IMG/VR virus record: IMGVR_UViG_3300018432_000015
Span: 1-57,400 of that record
Origin: a virus
Taxonomy: Duplodnaviria > Caudoviricetes
DNA length: 57,400 nucleotides
Reading direction: 5' to 3' (one strand)
Part shown: in pieces, positions 8,842 to 17,682 of the stretch
Numbering within the stretch: the first letter of the stretch is position 1
Layout of the letters: each line of letters begins with the position of its first letter
Translations under genes and position numbers: made by a program
Notes under the pieces: generated by a model
What the model saw: only the letters and a program-made list of their open reading frames with translations
The model's database searches: none
Told to the model about the DNA's origin: nothing

Positions 8842-8903
8842 GCCGAAACGCTGCTCGGGCGGCGTTCGCGGGACATTACCTACCCGCGCTGATGAGGCAG
8901 GTA
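8842..8903 (+). ncRNA. Type II hammerhead ribozyme
   Basis: GCC-GAAA-stem III (CGCTGC/GCGGCG)-UU-stem I (CGCGGG/CCCGCG)-CUGAUGA-GGC; loop I TACCT pairs with 3' AGGTA. Confidence 0.9.
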
Positions 8904-8931
8904 CCTCGCTGAACCACAAGGACTCCGAATC

Positions 8932-9459
8932 ATGGCCAAAGCCACCCCGACCGCTCCCGTCGCTCCTCGCGCCCCGTCGCCCGTCTCCGCGCCCGTCGCC
9001 GGCCAAGCGCCGTCTGCCCGACCCGGCACGACCGAGCTGAAGGCAAAGAAGGAGAAAATCGTTCGCGTGACTCACCCGGCTCTCTCGCCCGACGCTGAAG
9101 GCAAGCCGACGGTCCAGCTCGAAGCGATCCCGCAGGACTTCGACGCGAAGCTGCACAAGCCGATCCGCCGGAAGGACCTGAAGGACGAAACGCTCCACTT
9201 CGATCTGCAAATTCAACGGCTCGAGAAGAAAATCACGGACCTGCGCCGCCAGAAGGAAGAGTCGAAGCAGCTCGGCTCCGTGAAGGACCGCGCTTCGGCC
9301 AAGAAGCTTCTGGCTCTCCAGAAGCGGATGGACGAGGTCACGAAAACGCTCGAGGCTTCGGGCACGGACGTCACCGCGCTGCTCGCCATGCTGAAGGCGA
9401 AGCAGAGCGAGAAGGCCGTCGAGCCGACCGCCACCGACGCGACCACGCCCGCCGCCTAG
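8932..9459 (+). CDS. Basic coiled-coil hypothetical protein
   Basis: AAGGA SD; Pro/Ala-rich termini. Confidence 0.75.
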   Translation: MAKATPTAPVAPRAPSPVSAPVAGQAPSARPGTTELKAKKEKIVRVTHPALSPDAEGKPTVQLEAIPQDFDAKLHKPIRRKDLKDETLHFDLQIQRLEKKITDLRRQKEESKQLGSVKDRASAKKLLALQKRMDEVTKTLEASGTDVTALLAMLKAKQSEKAVEPTATDATTPAA

Positions 9460-9478
9460 CGCGACACGGATCAACCAC

Positions 9479-9507
9479 CCGCCGCTGGGTTTTTCGACCA
9501 GCGGCGG
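9479..9507 (+). other. 10-bp perfect hairpin (terminator or processing element)
   Basis: CCGCCGCTGG…CCAGCGGCGG, intergenic; no clear U-tract after it. Confidence 0.5.
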
Positions 9508-9546
9508 AGACTTGTTCCGCTTTGCACATCACAACGGAGGGATTCC

Positions 9547-9762
9547 ATGATCACGCGCATAACGATCGAACTGGCCGACGCGAAGTCGGCAAAAGAGTTC
9601 GGCAAAGAGGTGGCCGAATCGCTGGACGGGCTCGCCGCTGCCGTCGCGCAGATGACGACCGACAAGAAGACGGTCACGCTCTCTTGGGACGAGTCGCTCG
9701 ACCCGACGGAGCTCCTCGAGGCGATGACTTCGGCCATCGAGGAGATGGACTGGGAGTTCTAG
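9547..9762 (+). CDS. Acidic hypothetical protein
   Basis: GGAGG SD; Asp/Glu-rich. Confidence 0.7.
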   Translation: MITRITIELADAKSAKEFGKEVAESLDGLAAAVAQMTTDKKTVTLSWDESLDPTELLEAMTSAIEEMDWEF

Positions 9763-9764
9763 TA

Positions 9765-9793
9765 TTGACTCCCGCTCTCTGACTTGATATAAT
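9765..9793 (+). promoter_or_regulatory. sigma70 promoter with extended -10
   Basis: TTGACT-N17-TATAAT with TG before the -10. Confidence 0.85.
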
Positions 9794-9835
9794 AGATCAC
9801 TGGACGGTTCCACTAGCATACTGGAGGGATTCCCG

Positions 9836-10207
9836 ATGGCAGAGCCCATCATGCGCGCGAGCGACTACGCCGCCGCTATCGAAGACCAAGTCACTTTGGT
9901 CCGCTACTATCGGTCTCTCGCGCAAAGTCGCGAGTCGACCGAACGACAGATCGCCGAGTTCCGGCAACGAGCTGCCGAGTTCAACGCTTCGGCGGATCGA
10001 CTCGCGGCACAGCTCAACGACGCGCCCGGCCTCGAAGCCCGCGCGGTCGCAGAGATCAAGCGACTCCGCGAGGGCCAAGGCCTGCTGAAGGTCGAGTCCG
10101 GACTCAAGGCCGTGAACAAGCTGGCCGATCAACTGGCCGACTTGGACCCGGCTGCGCTGGCAGCAGTCATCGCTCAGCTCGAGAAGCTGCAAGGAGGTGC
10201 GAAGTGA
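9836..10207 (+). CDS. Coiled-coil hypothetical protein
   Basis: ATACTGGAGG leader. Confidence 0.7.
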   Translation: MAEPIMRASDYAAAIEDQVTLVRYYRSLAQSRESTERQIAEFRQRAAEFNASADRLAAQLNDAPGLEARAVAEIKRLREGQGLLKVESGLKAVNKLADQLADLDPAALAAVIAQLEKLQGGAK

Positions 10208-10479
10208 AAGACATTTTGATCAGATGCGGCTCCACGAGGTGGGTGATCGACGTCGATCACAACGGCACGGTGTGGTTCGTGTTCAATCGGTCAGCCGCGT
10301 TCGCGATGAGCGAAGATGATGCCGCTGAGATCATTCGCAAGTACGGTCGTCGCTTTCCAAAGATGCGGGCGGAGCCGCGATGGTCTGACGAAGAGCTGGC
10401 AGATGCGCGGCGCAGCGTTGCTGAGTTCGTCGAGCTGTCCCGCGAGCACAACGACTGCGGGCGGGAGGAGCGAGAATGA
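10204..10479 (+). CDS. Hypothetical protein
   Basis: AAGGAGGT SD; GTGA overlap. Confidence 0.7.
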   Translation: MKDILIRCGSTRWVIDVDHNGTVWFVFNRSAAFAMSEDDAAEIIRKYGRRFPKMRAEPRWSDEELADARRSVAEFVELSREHNDCGREERE

Positions 10480-11306
10480 CCGCGCTCGACAAGAAAATGG
10501 ACCGCGTCGTGGTGCCCGGGCTAACCGGCGCCCGCAAAGTCTACGTCCTCAAGCACCTCGGCGACGAGCGCAAGTTCGTTGCCGGGTCCGATTATCAACA
10601 AGTGACGACCAGCGATGAGCTGGCGTCGGCACAGCACTTTGCATCACGACTCGCGGCCAGAGGGTTCACTCTGAACGCGGACAAAGACAAACTGTTTGGC
10701 TTCGTCGCCGCCGAGTGGGATGTCGTCCAGATCGAGCTCGTGCCCGAGGAGCCGAAGATCGAAGTGATCGACGGTCTGATGGTCGAGGACCCGGTCGAGT
10801 GCGCGCGGAAACTGTGCGACCTGCACTTCAAGTACGCGGACCGCGTCGCCGCGTGGGTGCGAAAGGCGACGAACTACGTCGGAGACTACTCGCCGCCGAA
10901 GATCGTCGTCACCGCGCGCCCGCAGATGAACTGGACCGGGCTCTACTCGCCGACGGATCACACGTGTCACTACGTGCTCCCGATGGCGATGCTGAATCTG
11001 GGCCGGCCAATGCAAGACTACGAGGAGACAGTCGCGCACGAGGTGGTGCACGCGTACCAGCGGCTGTTCGTCGGCCAGGACATTAGGTCAGGCCACGGCG
11101 GCGACTTCTACGCCATGATGAGGCACGCCGCCCTGTGGCCGACGAAGACACATACGCACGCGCCGCTGCCGGGCGAGTTCCAGAAGTGCATACTGCTGTT
11201 CAAGAAATTGCAGAAACCTATCGAGCGTCTCGCCGAGGGCGGGCTGCTCGCGTCGCTGCCGTGTCAGATCGTGACAGAAAAACTCAAGCGGAGAGGGATA
11301 CAATGA
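10476..11306 (+). CDS. SprT-like zinc metalloprotease domain protein
   Basis: TVAHEVVH…GHGGDF. Confidence 0.75.
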   Translation: MTALDKKMDRVVVPGLTGARKVYVLKHLGDERKFVAGSDYQQVTTSDELASAQHFASRLAARGFTLNADKDKLFGFVAAEWDVVQIELVPEEPKIEVIDGLMVEDPVECARKLCDLHFKYADRVAAWVRKATNYVGDYSPPKIVVTARPQMNWTGLYSPTDHTCHYVLPMAMLNLGRPMQDYEETVAHEVVHAYQRLFVGQDIRSGHGGDFYAMMRHAALWPTKTHTHAPLPGEFQKCILLFKKLQKPIERLAEGGLLASLPCQIVTEKLKRRGIQ

Positions 11307-11566
11307 GACCTTGCGAAATCAACTGCATCAACGTCAGTCGCTACGCGCCCGGACACAATGATCCACGACGGGCGGGCAAGTGGTTCTGGGAGCTCATCGG
11401 ATCGGATGGGACGAGCTGGTCGATGTGCAAGCCGTTGAAGCAACTCAAGCGCGTCGTGATGGACGCTGAGACGTTCCGATGCTTTAGCGGGCTGCCGCTT
11501 CGTAGCAGTCAACCCGAAGCACTCGTGTTGATCGGCCAGTTCAAGAGAAAGGTGGTGGCGTCGTGA
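11303..11566 (+). CDS. Hypothetical protein
   Basis: ATGA overlap with the upstream stop. Confidence 0.55.
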   Translation: MRPCEINCINVSRYAPGHNDPRRAGKWFWELIGSDGTSWSMCKPLKQLKRVVMDAETFRCFSGLPLRSSQPEALVLIGQFKRKVVAS

Positions 11567-11754
11567 AACTTCTCAACCCACGATACCTCGGCGACGGTGT
11601 CTACATCACACTGTTGCCCGAGCTCGACAGCGTCATGCTGACGACCGGCCATCATGACGAAATGAATCCACAGTGCGAGAACGTCATCATCTTAGGACAC
11701 GCGGAGTTCAGCAATATGTTGCAATACTTACGAGAGGCAGAGGTGATCAAGTGA
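11563..11754 (+). CDS. Hypothetical protein (YLGDGVY motif)
   Basis: GTGA overlaps at both ends. Confidence 0.65.
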   Translation: MKLLNPRYLGDGVYITLLPELDSVMLTTGHHDEMNPQCENVIILGHAEFSNMLQYLREAEVIK

Positions 11755-12707
11755 AACTCAAATGTAAAGTGGCCGCGCCGGGCGTCGTCGCTCGGTATGC
11801 ACAGGTGAAATTAGATGGTCACTGGGTGAGAGTGTCCCGGGGCGGCGTCGACATCAAGGTCGAGACATCGCACCCGACGGACATCACCGATCAGCTACCA
11901 GAACACATCTACGCAGCGCTATGGGAGAACCTGCCGCGGCACTCGGTCGCGCTCGGCGAGCTGTGGGTCCCCGACAAGCCGGCCAGCTGTGTCAAGACGG
12001 CGCTGAAGGGAAAGTGGCCGGAGCTCCAGATCACGTTCTTTGCGCTCGAGCAAATGGCCCCATCGTCGACTCGGCACATCGAGATCATGCCGCTCGAGGA
12101 AGTGCGACAATGGTTCGATCACTACAAGCTCAACTTCGCGCCGTTCGAGGTCATCGACGCGGTCCCGGTCGAGCTAGGCGAGGGTCAGCTCGAGCACTAC
12201 CGAGCACGGGCTCGCAGCATGGGTATCGAAGGCTGGGTGCTGAAGACTGGCAATCTGACCGGATGGCACAAGCTGAAGTGCGAGAACTCGATCGACGTCG
12301 TCGTCACGGGCGTCAAAGACGCTAAAGACGGTAAGTATCTCGGCCAAGTGGGATCGCTGCTGGTGAGCGTCACCGGCGACGGCGGCTTGAACTGGAACGA
12401 AATCGCGGCGGTGTCCGGGATGACCGACCGCGAGCGACTGAACATCACGGAGAAGTACGACGAGCTCGCGAGCAGCATCATCGGCAAGGTCTGCGAGATC
12501 GAGTACCAGCGCATGGACGCGCAGGGCCGACTAAGACATCCAAGATTCAAGCGATGGCGCGACGACAAGCCGGCCAAAGAGTGCGGCGTGGACCAGGACC
12601 CGGACCTGGAGCGCCGCTACGCGCGAGGCATGCGATTCGTCGAGACCGAGCCGATCAAGTTCATGCAAATCACGCCAGGAGCAGAACATGACGCAGGGCA
12701 TCAATGA
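11751..12707 (+). CDS. ATP-dependent DNA ligase (minimal)
   Basis: KLDG, EGWVLK, WHKLK, RHPRFKRWRDDK. Confidence 0.9.
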   Translation: MKLKCKVAAPGVVARYAQVKLDGHWVRVSRGGVDIKVETSHPTDITDQLPEHIYAALWENLPRHSVALGELWVPDKPASCVKTALKGKWPELQITFFALEQMAPSSTRHIEIMPLEEVRQWFDHYKLNFAPFEVIDAVPVELGEGQLEHYRARARSMGIEGWVLKTGNLTGWHKLKCENSIDVVVTGVKDAKDGKYLGQVGSLLVSVTGDGGLNWNEIAAVSGMTDRERLNITEKYDELASSIIGKVCEIEYQRMDAQGRLRHPRFKRWRDDKPAKECGVDQDPDLERRYARGMRFVETEPIKFMQITPGAEHDAGHQ

Positions 12708-12948
12708 GGTCCTCGCTCTCGGAGCGCGCTGTAAGACTCACAAGATCACCGTCTCGATGACCGCGATATGGCCGCGCGGCGTCAAGACGACATTGACTGC
12801 CGAGCCACGCATGAAGTACCCACTCGGCGAACCTTACGTCGGTCACTTCACGATCTTCGAAGTGGAGGATCATATGGCCGACAAGCATGACGAGATGTTG
12901 AAGAAGCTCGTCATGGACATGGAGACAAAGCTATGCTGTGCGCGCTGA
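12688..12948 (+). CDS. Hypothetical protein
   Basis: AGGAG SD; operonic overlap. Confidence 0.6.
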   Translation: MTQGINEVLALGARCKTHKITVSMTAIWPRGVKTTLTAEPRMKYPLGEPYVGHFTIFEVEDHMADKHDEMLKKLVMDMETKLCCAR

Positions 12949-13058
12949 TGACGGGAGCGCTCGGGATCGCGGTGTTGATTTCGCTGCTCTTCACGATGGG
13001 ACGACACAAGGCGCGCAGACGGTCTGCGCGCTGGCTTCGCGACTTGGAGAAAAGATGA
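12933..13058 (+). CDS. 41-aa single-pass membrane peptide
   Basis: Not in track; MLCALMTGALGIAVLISLLFTMGRHKARRR…; GGAG SD; stop overlaps the ThyX ATG. Confidence 0.5.
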   Translation: MLCALMTGALGIAVLISLLFTMGRHKARRRSARWLRDLEKR

Positions 13059-13930
13059 TGAGACCCAGGACTTTCTTGGTGGGAGTGACGCAGCCGGACT
13101 TCGTTGGGCTGCAAGCGTATCTCGATCACACGGATCAAAGCGAATTCATGTTCGAGATCAGCGAGTATTTGGCCGAGCGACCCGGCGACCCGCTGTGCCT
13201 CGTGTCTTTCTATGCGAAGCTCTGCTACAAGAGCCTCGTCGAGGGCAAGAACGCAAACGTGACGCGGGTACGCTCGATCGAAGACAACTTGATCGCGACG
13301 ATAAAGTCCGGCCACGGAAGCGTGTTCGAGCACGTGTGGCTGAACTTCGTCACGACGGGATGCTCACGAGTGTTCACGCACGAGCTGGTCCGGCACCGTG
13401 TTGGGACGGCGTTCTCGCAGACAAGCGGGCGCTACGTGGCGATCGACAAGATCGACTTGGTCTTGCCACCAGAGCTGGAGAACGACGAACAGATGCACAC
13501 TTGCCCGAATTGCCAAGGGCGTGGTCCGATGCAAGACATGTTGCCGTGCGAATGGTGTCATGATCGCAGCCAGATCACCGTCGCAGAGTACATCAACATC
13601 TGCAACGTCGCTCAGACGAACTCGCTCAAAACGCTGCGTGAGATGCTCATCAAGCCCGACATGCCATTTGCTGAGAAGAAGCGACTCACCAGCGCGATCC
13701 GGCGGCTCGCTCCGAACGGGCAGGACAATGAGATCGGCTGGTCGTGCAATGTGCGGTCGTTCCGGCACCTGCTGGAGCTGCGCACGTCGCTGGCAGCCGA
13801 GTGGGAGATTCGGCAAGTGTTCTTCGACGTCGCAAAGATAGTCACGCAGCGCTGGCCGATGATGATGTATGGCGTCACTCCAGGCGAAGAAGTCGACGGA
13901 GTGACCGAACTGAAAGGGCTCAGGATATGA
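13055..13930 (+). CDS. thyX: Flavin-dependent thymidylate synthase
   Basis: GHGSVFEH, THELVRHR…SQTSGRY, NVRSFRH, WEIR. Confidence 0.93.
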   Translation: MMRPRTFLVGVTQPDFVGLQAYLDHTDQSEFMFEISEYLAERPGDPLCLVSFYAKLCYKSLVEGKNANVTRVRSIEDNLIATIKSGHGSVFEHVWLNFVTTGCSRVFTHELVRHRVGTAFSQTSGRYVAIDKIDLVLPPELENDEQMHTCPNCQGRGPMQDMLPCEWCHDRSQITVAEYINICNVAQTNSLKTLREMLIKPDMPFAEKKRLTSAIRRLAPNGQDNEIGWSCNVRSFRHLLELRTSLAAEWEIRQVFFDVAKIVTQRWPMMMYGVTPGEEVDGVTELKGLRI

Positions 13931-14202
13931 AGTGCTCAAAGTGCGGCGGGTTCGGGTCCGTCGGTGACAGTGCTGAGGAGTGCGAGGCGTGCGGCGGCGA
14001 CGGGCTCGCCACGGCTCGCGACCGGGCAGACGCGATGATTGAAGCGTTCAAAGACGAGCTTGTCGCGTTCAACGCAGAGGCGCTCAACGACAAAGTCGAC
14101 AAGCTGGCTGCCGCGTGCGCACTGGCTGGAGCGGAAGGGGTCATCACCGGGTTGGCAGCCAATGCCATCTCTCAACTGGAGGCACTCAAGAAATGCGCGT
14201 GA
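13927..14202 (+). CDS. Small Zn-finger protein (two CxxCxGxG motifs)
   Basis: CSKCGGFG and CEACGGDG; ATGA overlap. Confidence 0.65.
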   Translation: MKCSKCGGFGSVGDSAEECEACGGDGLATARDRADAMIEAFKDELVAFNAEALNDKVDKLAAACALAGAEGVITGLAANAISQLEALKKCA

Positions 14203-15443
14203 GTATCTACGAGCCCGATCCTCGAATCTGCGGCCCGGGCACCTGGGCGCGGCACTTGAGGCAAGGGTTCCGCGACCTCGGCCACGAGTGCGACGTGGTC
14301 ACGTTCACCCGCTTGGGCAAGCGCTCGCCCAACTGGGGCCGGATCGAGAAAGCGAAGGGCTCGTCGATGAGCTGCTCGCTGGTGCCCGACGTCTGTGCTA
14401 AGCTGGCCGAGGCGCACGACGTGCTGAACAGCTATGACTTGGTCGTCCTCGCTGACGTCAAGACATCGCCGTTGGACAATGCGGCGCTGAAAGACCCGAT
14501 GCTCGACGAACCGACGTACCTGACGGTGCTGCGGAAGACGCGGACCAAGTGGGCGTCGGCTCTGCACGAGCGATGGTACTTCGCGCCGCCCGATCCTGTT
14601 CCGCCCGGCGTGTCCGAGCGCAGCGGATCGCCGTTCATCAACGAATTGCTGGCACTCGACAGCTTCAGCGGTTTCGTCATGGCGCACTCTGCCGACTTCG
14701 ACAAGTACTGCGGGGCCTTGCAGCGATGCCGCAAGGTACTTCGGCCGCTCCCGTTCTCGTTGGAGCACTCTGAAGCGCAGGCAATGAAGCCGCGCGACCC
14801 ACTGACGTTCGCCGTGATCGGGCGCATGGTGCCGACCAAGCACCGGCACGTGACGAACGAGATGCTGACGCGCGGGATGTTGAAGAATGCTCACGCGCAC
14901 TACGGTGGAGGATGCGTCTGCACACACGGCCCGAGCGACACGTACGTCATGCAGGAGCGCCTCGGTCAGGATGGGTGGGCGACCGACTGGGGCGACGACG
15001 GCGTGCGGAAGACGAAGCCGTTCGAAGCTTGGCACGAGAACGGGAACGTCGTCGAATATCACGGCGCATACGTCGATCCGTACGAAGTGCTCCAGCACGC
15101 GCGATGCCACGTCGGGATTACCGACTGCGACTTCAGCGGCGGGCTGTTGGAGTTTGCCACGCTTGAGGCCATTGACTGCGGGTGCTTGCCGATCGTCACG
15201 CGGCCCTTTGTGCCCGACTTCGGCACCCAATGCGAACTGGGCGTGATCGAGCGCGAGTTCCGGAAGTTTGGCCACCGAGCTTGCAAAGACGAAAGCAATG
15301 CTCTCTACGAAGAGATGGCCGAGCTCGTCGCGGATGCTAGCAGACGGTGGGGCGCTGACGTGATTCAGCACAACCGCGAATGCATTCGCGTCGAAAATGA
15401 CCCGAGGGAACAGGCCAAGACACTCATTGAAGGAGCGCTTTGA
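14193..15443 (+). CDS. GT-B glycosyltransferase, T4 alpha-glucosyltransferase-like (putative DNA glycosyltransferase)
   Basis: N-terminus MRVSIY…CGPGTW…LGHECDVV; VIGR; LEFATLEAIDCGCLPIV. Confidence 0.75.
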   Translation: MRVSIYEPDPRICGPGTWARHLRQGFRDLGHECDVVTFTRLGKRSPNWGRIEKAKGSSMSCSLVPDVCAKLAEAHDVLNSYDLVVLADVKTSPLDNAALKDPMLDEPTYLTVLRKTRTKWASALHERWYFAPPDPVPPGVSERSGSPFINELLALDSFSGFVMAHSADFDKYCGALQRCRKVLRPLPFSLEHSEAQAMKPRDPLTFAVIGRMVPTKHRHVTNEMLTRGMLKNAHAHYGGGCVCTHGPSDTYVMQERLGQDGWATDWGDDGVRKTKPFEAWHENGNVVEYHGAYVDPYEVLQHARCHVGITDCDFSGGLLEFATLEAIDCGCLPIVTRPFVPDFGTQCELGVIEREFRKFGHRACKDESNALYEEMAELVADASRRWGADVIQHNRECIRVENDPREQAKTLIEGAL

Positions 15444-15697
15444 TGCTGGCAGTGAAGCAGAGACCAGACCAACCGCTGGTGATCGGCGACGTCATCGTGT
15501 ATGTTCGGCCAGACGGCGCAGACGTACATGTTTCGATCGACGCGCCGCGCAGCGTCAACATCCGCCGGGGCGACTTGGTGGAGCAAGACCTCGACCGCGC
15601 GGGATACAAGAGAGTGGGACCAGACCGATGGCAAAGTTACCGTGGGCCGATCCTGACCACTCGGCAAGCGCTCGCGGTCGTGGGAGCATTGGGATGA
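15443..15697 (+). CDS. csrA: CsrA/RsmA-like RNA-binding protein
   Basis: MLAVKQRPDQPLVIGD…VHVSIDAPRSVNIRRGDL follows the CsrA pattern. Confidence 0.75.
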   Translation: MLAVKQRPDQPLVIGDVIVYVRPDGADVHVSIDAPRSVNIRRGDLVEQDLDRAGYKRVGPDRWQSYRGPILTTRQALAVVGALG

Positions 15698-15897
15698 ACA
15701 ACCAACTCGAACGCTTGCGAGCGCATCGCGTGCTCGAAGTGATGCCCGTGTTCGGAGGAGTCAGGTTCACGGACGGCTGCGACTTGTACTTCACGGAAGA
15801 ACTGACGCCCGACGAGGTGGACCAACTCGCCGACGAACTGCGCTCGATCGCGGCCACAGTGAGAAAGGAGCAAGATGATGCCATCAAGCGTCTCTGA
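15694..15897 (+). CDS. Hypothetical protein
   Basis: ATGA overlap; GGGAG SD. Confidence 0.6.
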   Translation: MNNQLERLRAHRVLEVMPVFGGVRFTDGCDLYFTEELTPDEVDQLADELRSIAATVRKEQDDAIKRL

Positions 15898-16381
15898 GTG
15901 CGAATGGACGCGAGGCATCTGCAACGAGCTGACGCGCTGCGGGGCGAAGGTGTTCACGAACCAGAAGTCGTACGTCGTGGGCGGAGCACGCGGCACGAAG
16001 CTCGCACAGCCGAGCCAGAGCGGCTGGCCCGACCGCTGGGTTGCGCATGTGTGCTGGACCGGCTGGCTCGAGTTCAAGGGCTTGAAAACGAAGCTCGAGC
16101 CTTTGCAGGCAAAGACGATCCGCGAGATAGAGGAGCGGTGGCCGGGCGGAGCATACGTCTGTCGGCAACACCCGGACGGCTTGACGCTGAGCGGGTGGGA
16201 CGAGAGGCCGCTGCTCGTGACGCAGGGAACAGCAGAGCATCTCTTGCTCGCGCTACTTGCGCTTCAGATGCGCGAGCGAGAGTGGGTAGAGGATCGGCAA
16301 CGCAAGATAGCGTCGGTTGCCGGGAAATTAGCTGACAGGATTCGAGCGCGGGGCGAGGCTCCGGAGGCTTACGTGTTTTGA
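15875..16381 (+). CDS. VRR-NUC (PD-(D/E)XK) nuclease
   Basis: GWPDR…WLEFK…LEPLQ. Confidence 0.8.
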   Translation: MMPSSVSECEWTRGICNELTRCGAKVFTNQKSYVVGGARGTKLAQPSQSGWPDRWVAHVCWTGWLEFKGLKTKLEPLQAKTIREIEERWPGGAYVCRQHPDGLTLSGWDERPLLVTQGTAEHLLLALLALQMREREWVEDRQRKIASVAGKLADRIRARGEAPEAYVF

Positions 16382-16587
16382 TGAGTGACATCAAGCAATC
16401 GTGCGAAAGCTGCACACACTACCATCCTGTGGACAAAGAGCGCCTTGTACCCGGACAACGCTTGATGAAAATTGGTGAGTGCATGAACAAAGAGTGTGCG
16501 TGGCACGGTATGAAGCGAGCACCGAGTGAGGGCATTTTTTGCCCAGACTACAGTAATATAGGGCCGTTCGTATGTGGTACAGAGTGA
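16378..16587 (+). CDS. Cys-rich hypothetical protein
   Basis: CESCTHY…GEC…FC; GGAGG SD. Confidence 0.6.
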   Translation: MMSDIKQSCESCTHYHPVDKERLVPGQRLMKIGECMNKECAWHGMKRAPSEGIFCPDYSNIGPFVCGTE

Positions 16588-16796
16588 CGCTCGCGACTGG
16601 CCCGGGATGGGTCGGCCAGTCATTGATCGCACACTGCCGGCGAGCCGATGGACTGGTGAACAGAACTCTGGTAGTGTCAGGAGGTTGGGTTTGCGCGATG
16701 CCGACGCAGATGATTCATGCGCTCGCGGCCAGCTGGGAAGAAGAGACTGACAAGGAGATATTAGCATGTCTAGAGAAGAGATTGAAGCCGAGATAG
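16572..16796 (+). CDS. Hypothetical protein
   Basis: Fills the gap between overlapping neighbours. Confidence 0.45.
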   Translation: MWYRVTLATGPGWVGQSLIAHCRRADGLVNRTLVVSGGWVCAMPTQMIHALAASWEEETDKEILACLEKRLKPR

Positions 16797-17422
16797 CGGG
16801 CTTGGAAACGACGCTCGCGCAGACGAATCTTGAGAGCGTGAAACGGATGCTCGAGAAGGAGCTGGCGAAGCTGCGCAAGCAGATCGAGCCGAAGCGCGGG
16901 CGTGGTCGGCCAGCGCTTGATAAAGCGGACGTCTACAAGCGAGAGATGGAGCGCCTCGAGATGAAAGAGGCGGCGAAGCGCGATTTCAGGCGCCGCCAGG
17001 AAGAAGAGAATCTTCGTCGGCTCGAGACTCTGCCGAACAAGCGCGGGCGATGGTTTTCCGTTGATGACGATGAGCGAGTGATTGATGTCAGCGAGTATGG
17101 CACTTACATCAATGTCGTGGATGGTGAGCTGAAGGGCGCGACTCACAAGGTGGCCGATTTGGACGGTGAGTGGGAGTACTTGTCGCCGTCGCCGACGTTC
17201 AAAACTGTCACTCGTGTGGCCACCGAGAGCGAAGAACACGCGCTTTTGACGAAGAAATACCGCGCGCGGGCGAATGAACTGTTCGACATCGGCCAGAAAC
17301 CGTGTGGGAACTACAAGTGCGACGCAACATTGGTTTATGTTGACCCGGCGCGATTTTGTGTGGTTTGTGAGAGCGAGCGAAAATTCGGCCAGAATGAAGA
17401 AAAACAGGGACTGCCAAAATGA
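16766..17422 (+). CDS. Hypothetical protein with AT-hook-like motif and C-terminal Zn ribbon
   Basis: PKRGRGRP; CGNYKC…FCVVC; AAGGAG SD. Confidence 0.7.
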   Translation: MSREEIEAEIAGLETTLAQTNLESVKRMLEKELAKLRKQIEPKRGRGRPALDKADVYKREMERLEMKEAAKRDFRRRQEEENLRRLETLPNKRGRWFSVDDDERVIDVSEYGTYINVVDGELKGATHKVADLDGEWEYLSPSPTFKTVTRVATESEEHALLTKKYRARANELFDIGQKPCGNYKCDATLVYVDPARFCVVCESERKFGQNEEKQGLPK

Positions 17423-17682
17423 CAGTCTGTTGGTACGATTGGACTTATGTTAATCGGGTTTTGTTCCATCTGGGCCGGAGTTAGAAGGTGATATATAAGA
17501 GTCAACTGTGATTTTCATTAATTATATTCCGTTTTTTGTATTAAACATTAATGAAAATAGGGGTTGGTCTTATATAATCCTTTGGCCAACTCCGGCAAAC
17601 GTGGGTACAAAACCCGAAAGCTCGGTCGCAAAAATTTCGATCAAGTTCACTCTCATCGCTCCCAAGTTCACTCTCGTCGTTC
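17423..17682. other. AT-rich non-coding region with iteron-like repeats (candidate origin)
   Basis: AT-rich tract ~17490-17580; near-perfect 20-mer direct repeat at 17642-17661 and 17663-17682. Confidence 0.5.

Noticed and set aside
12944-12975. Second hammerhead at CTGATGA (others near 5170, 5911, 6571, 43412)
   Set aside because: No matching GAAA core or flanking stems; these lie in coding sequence or at stop/start junctions.
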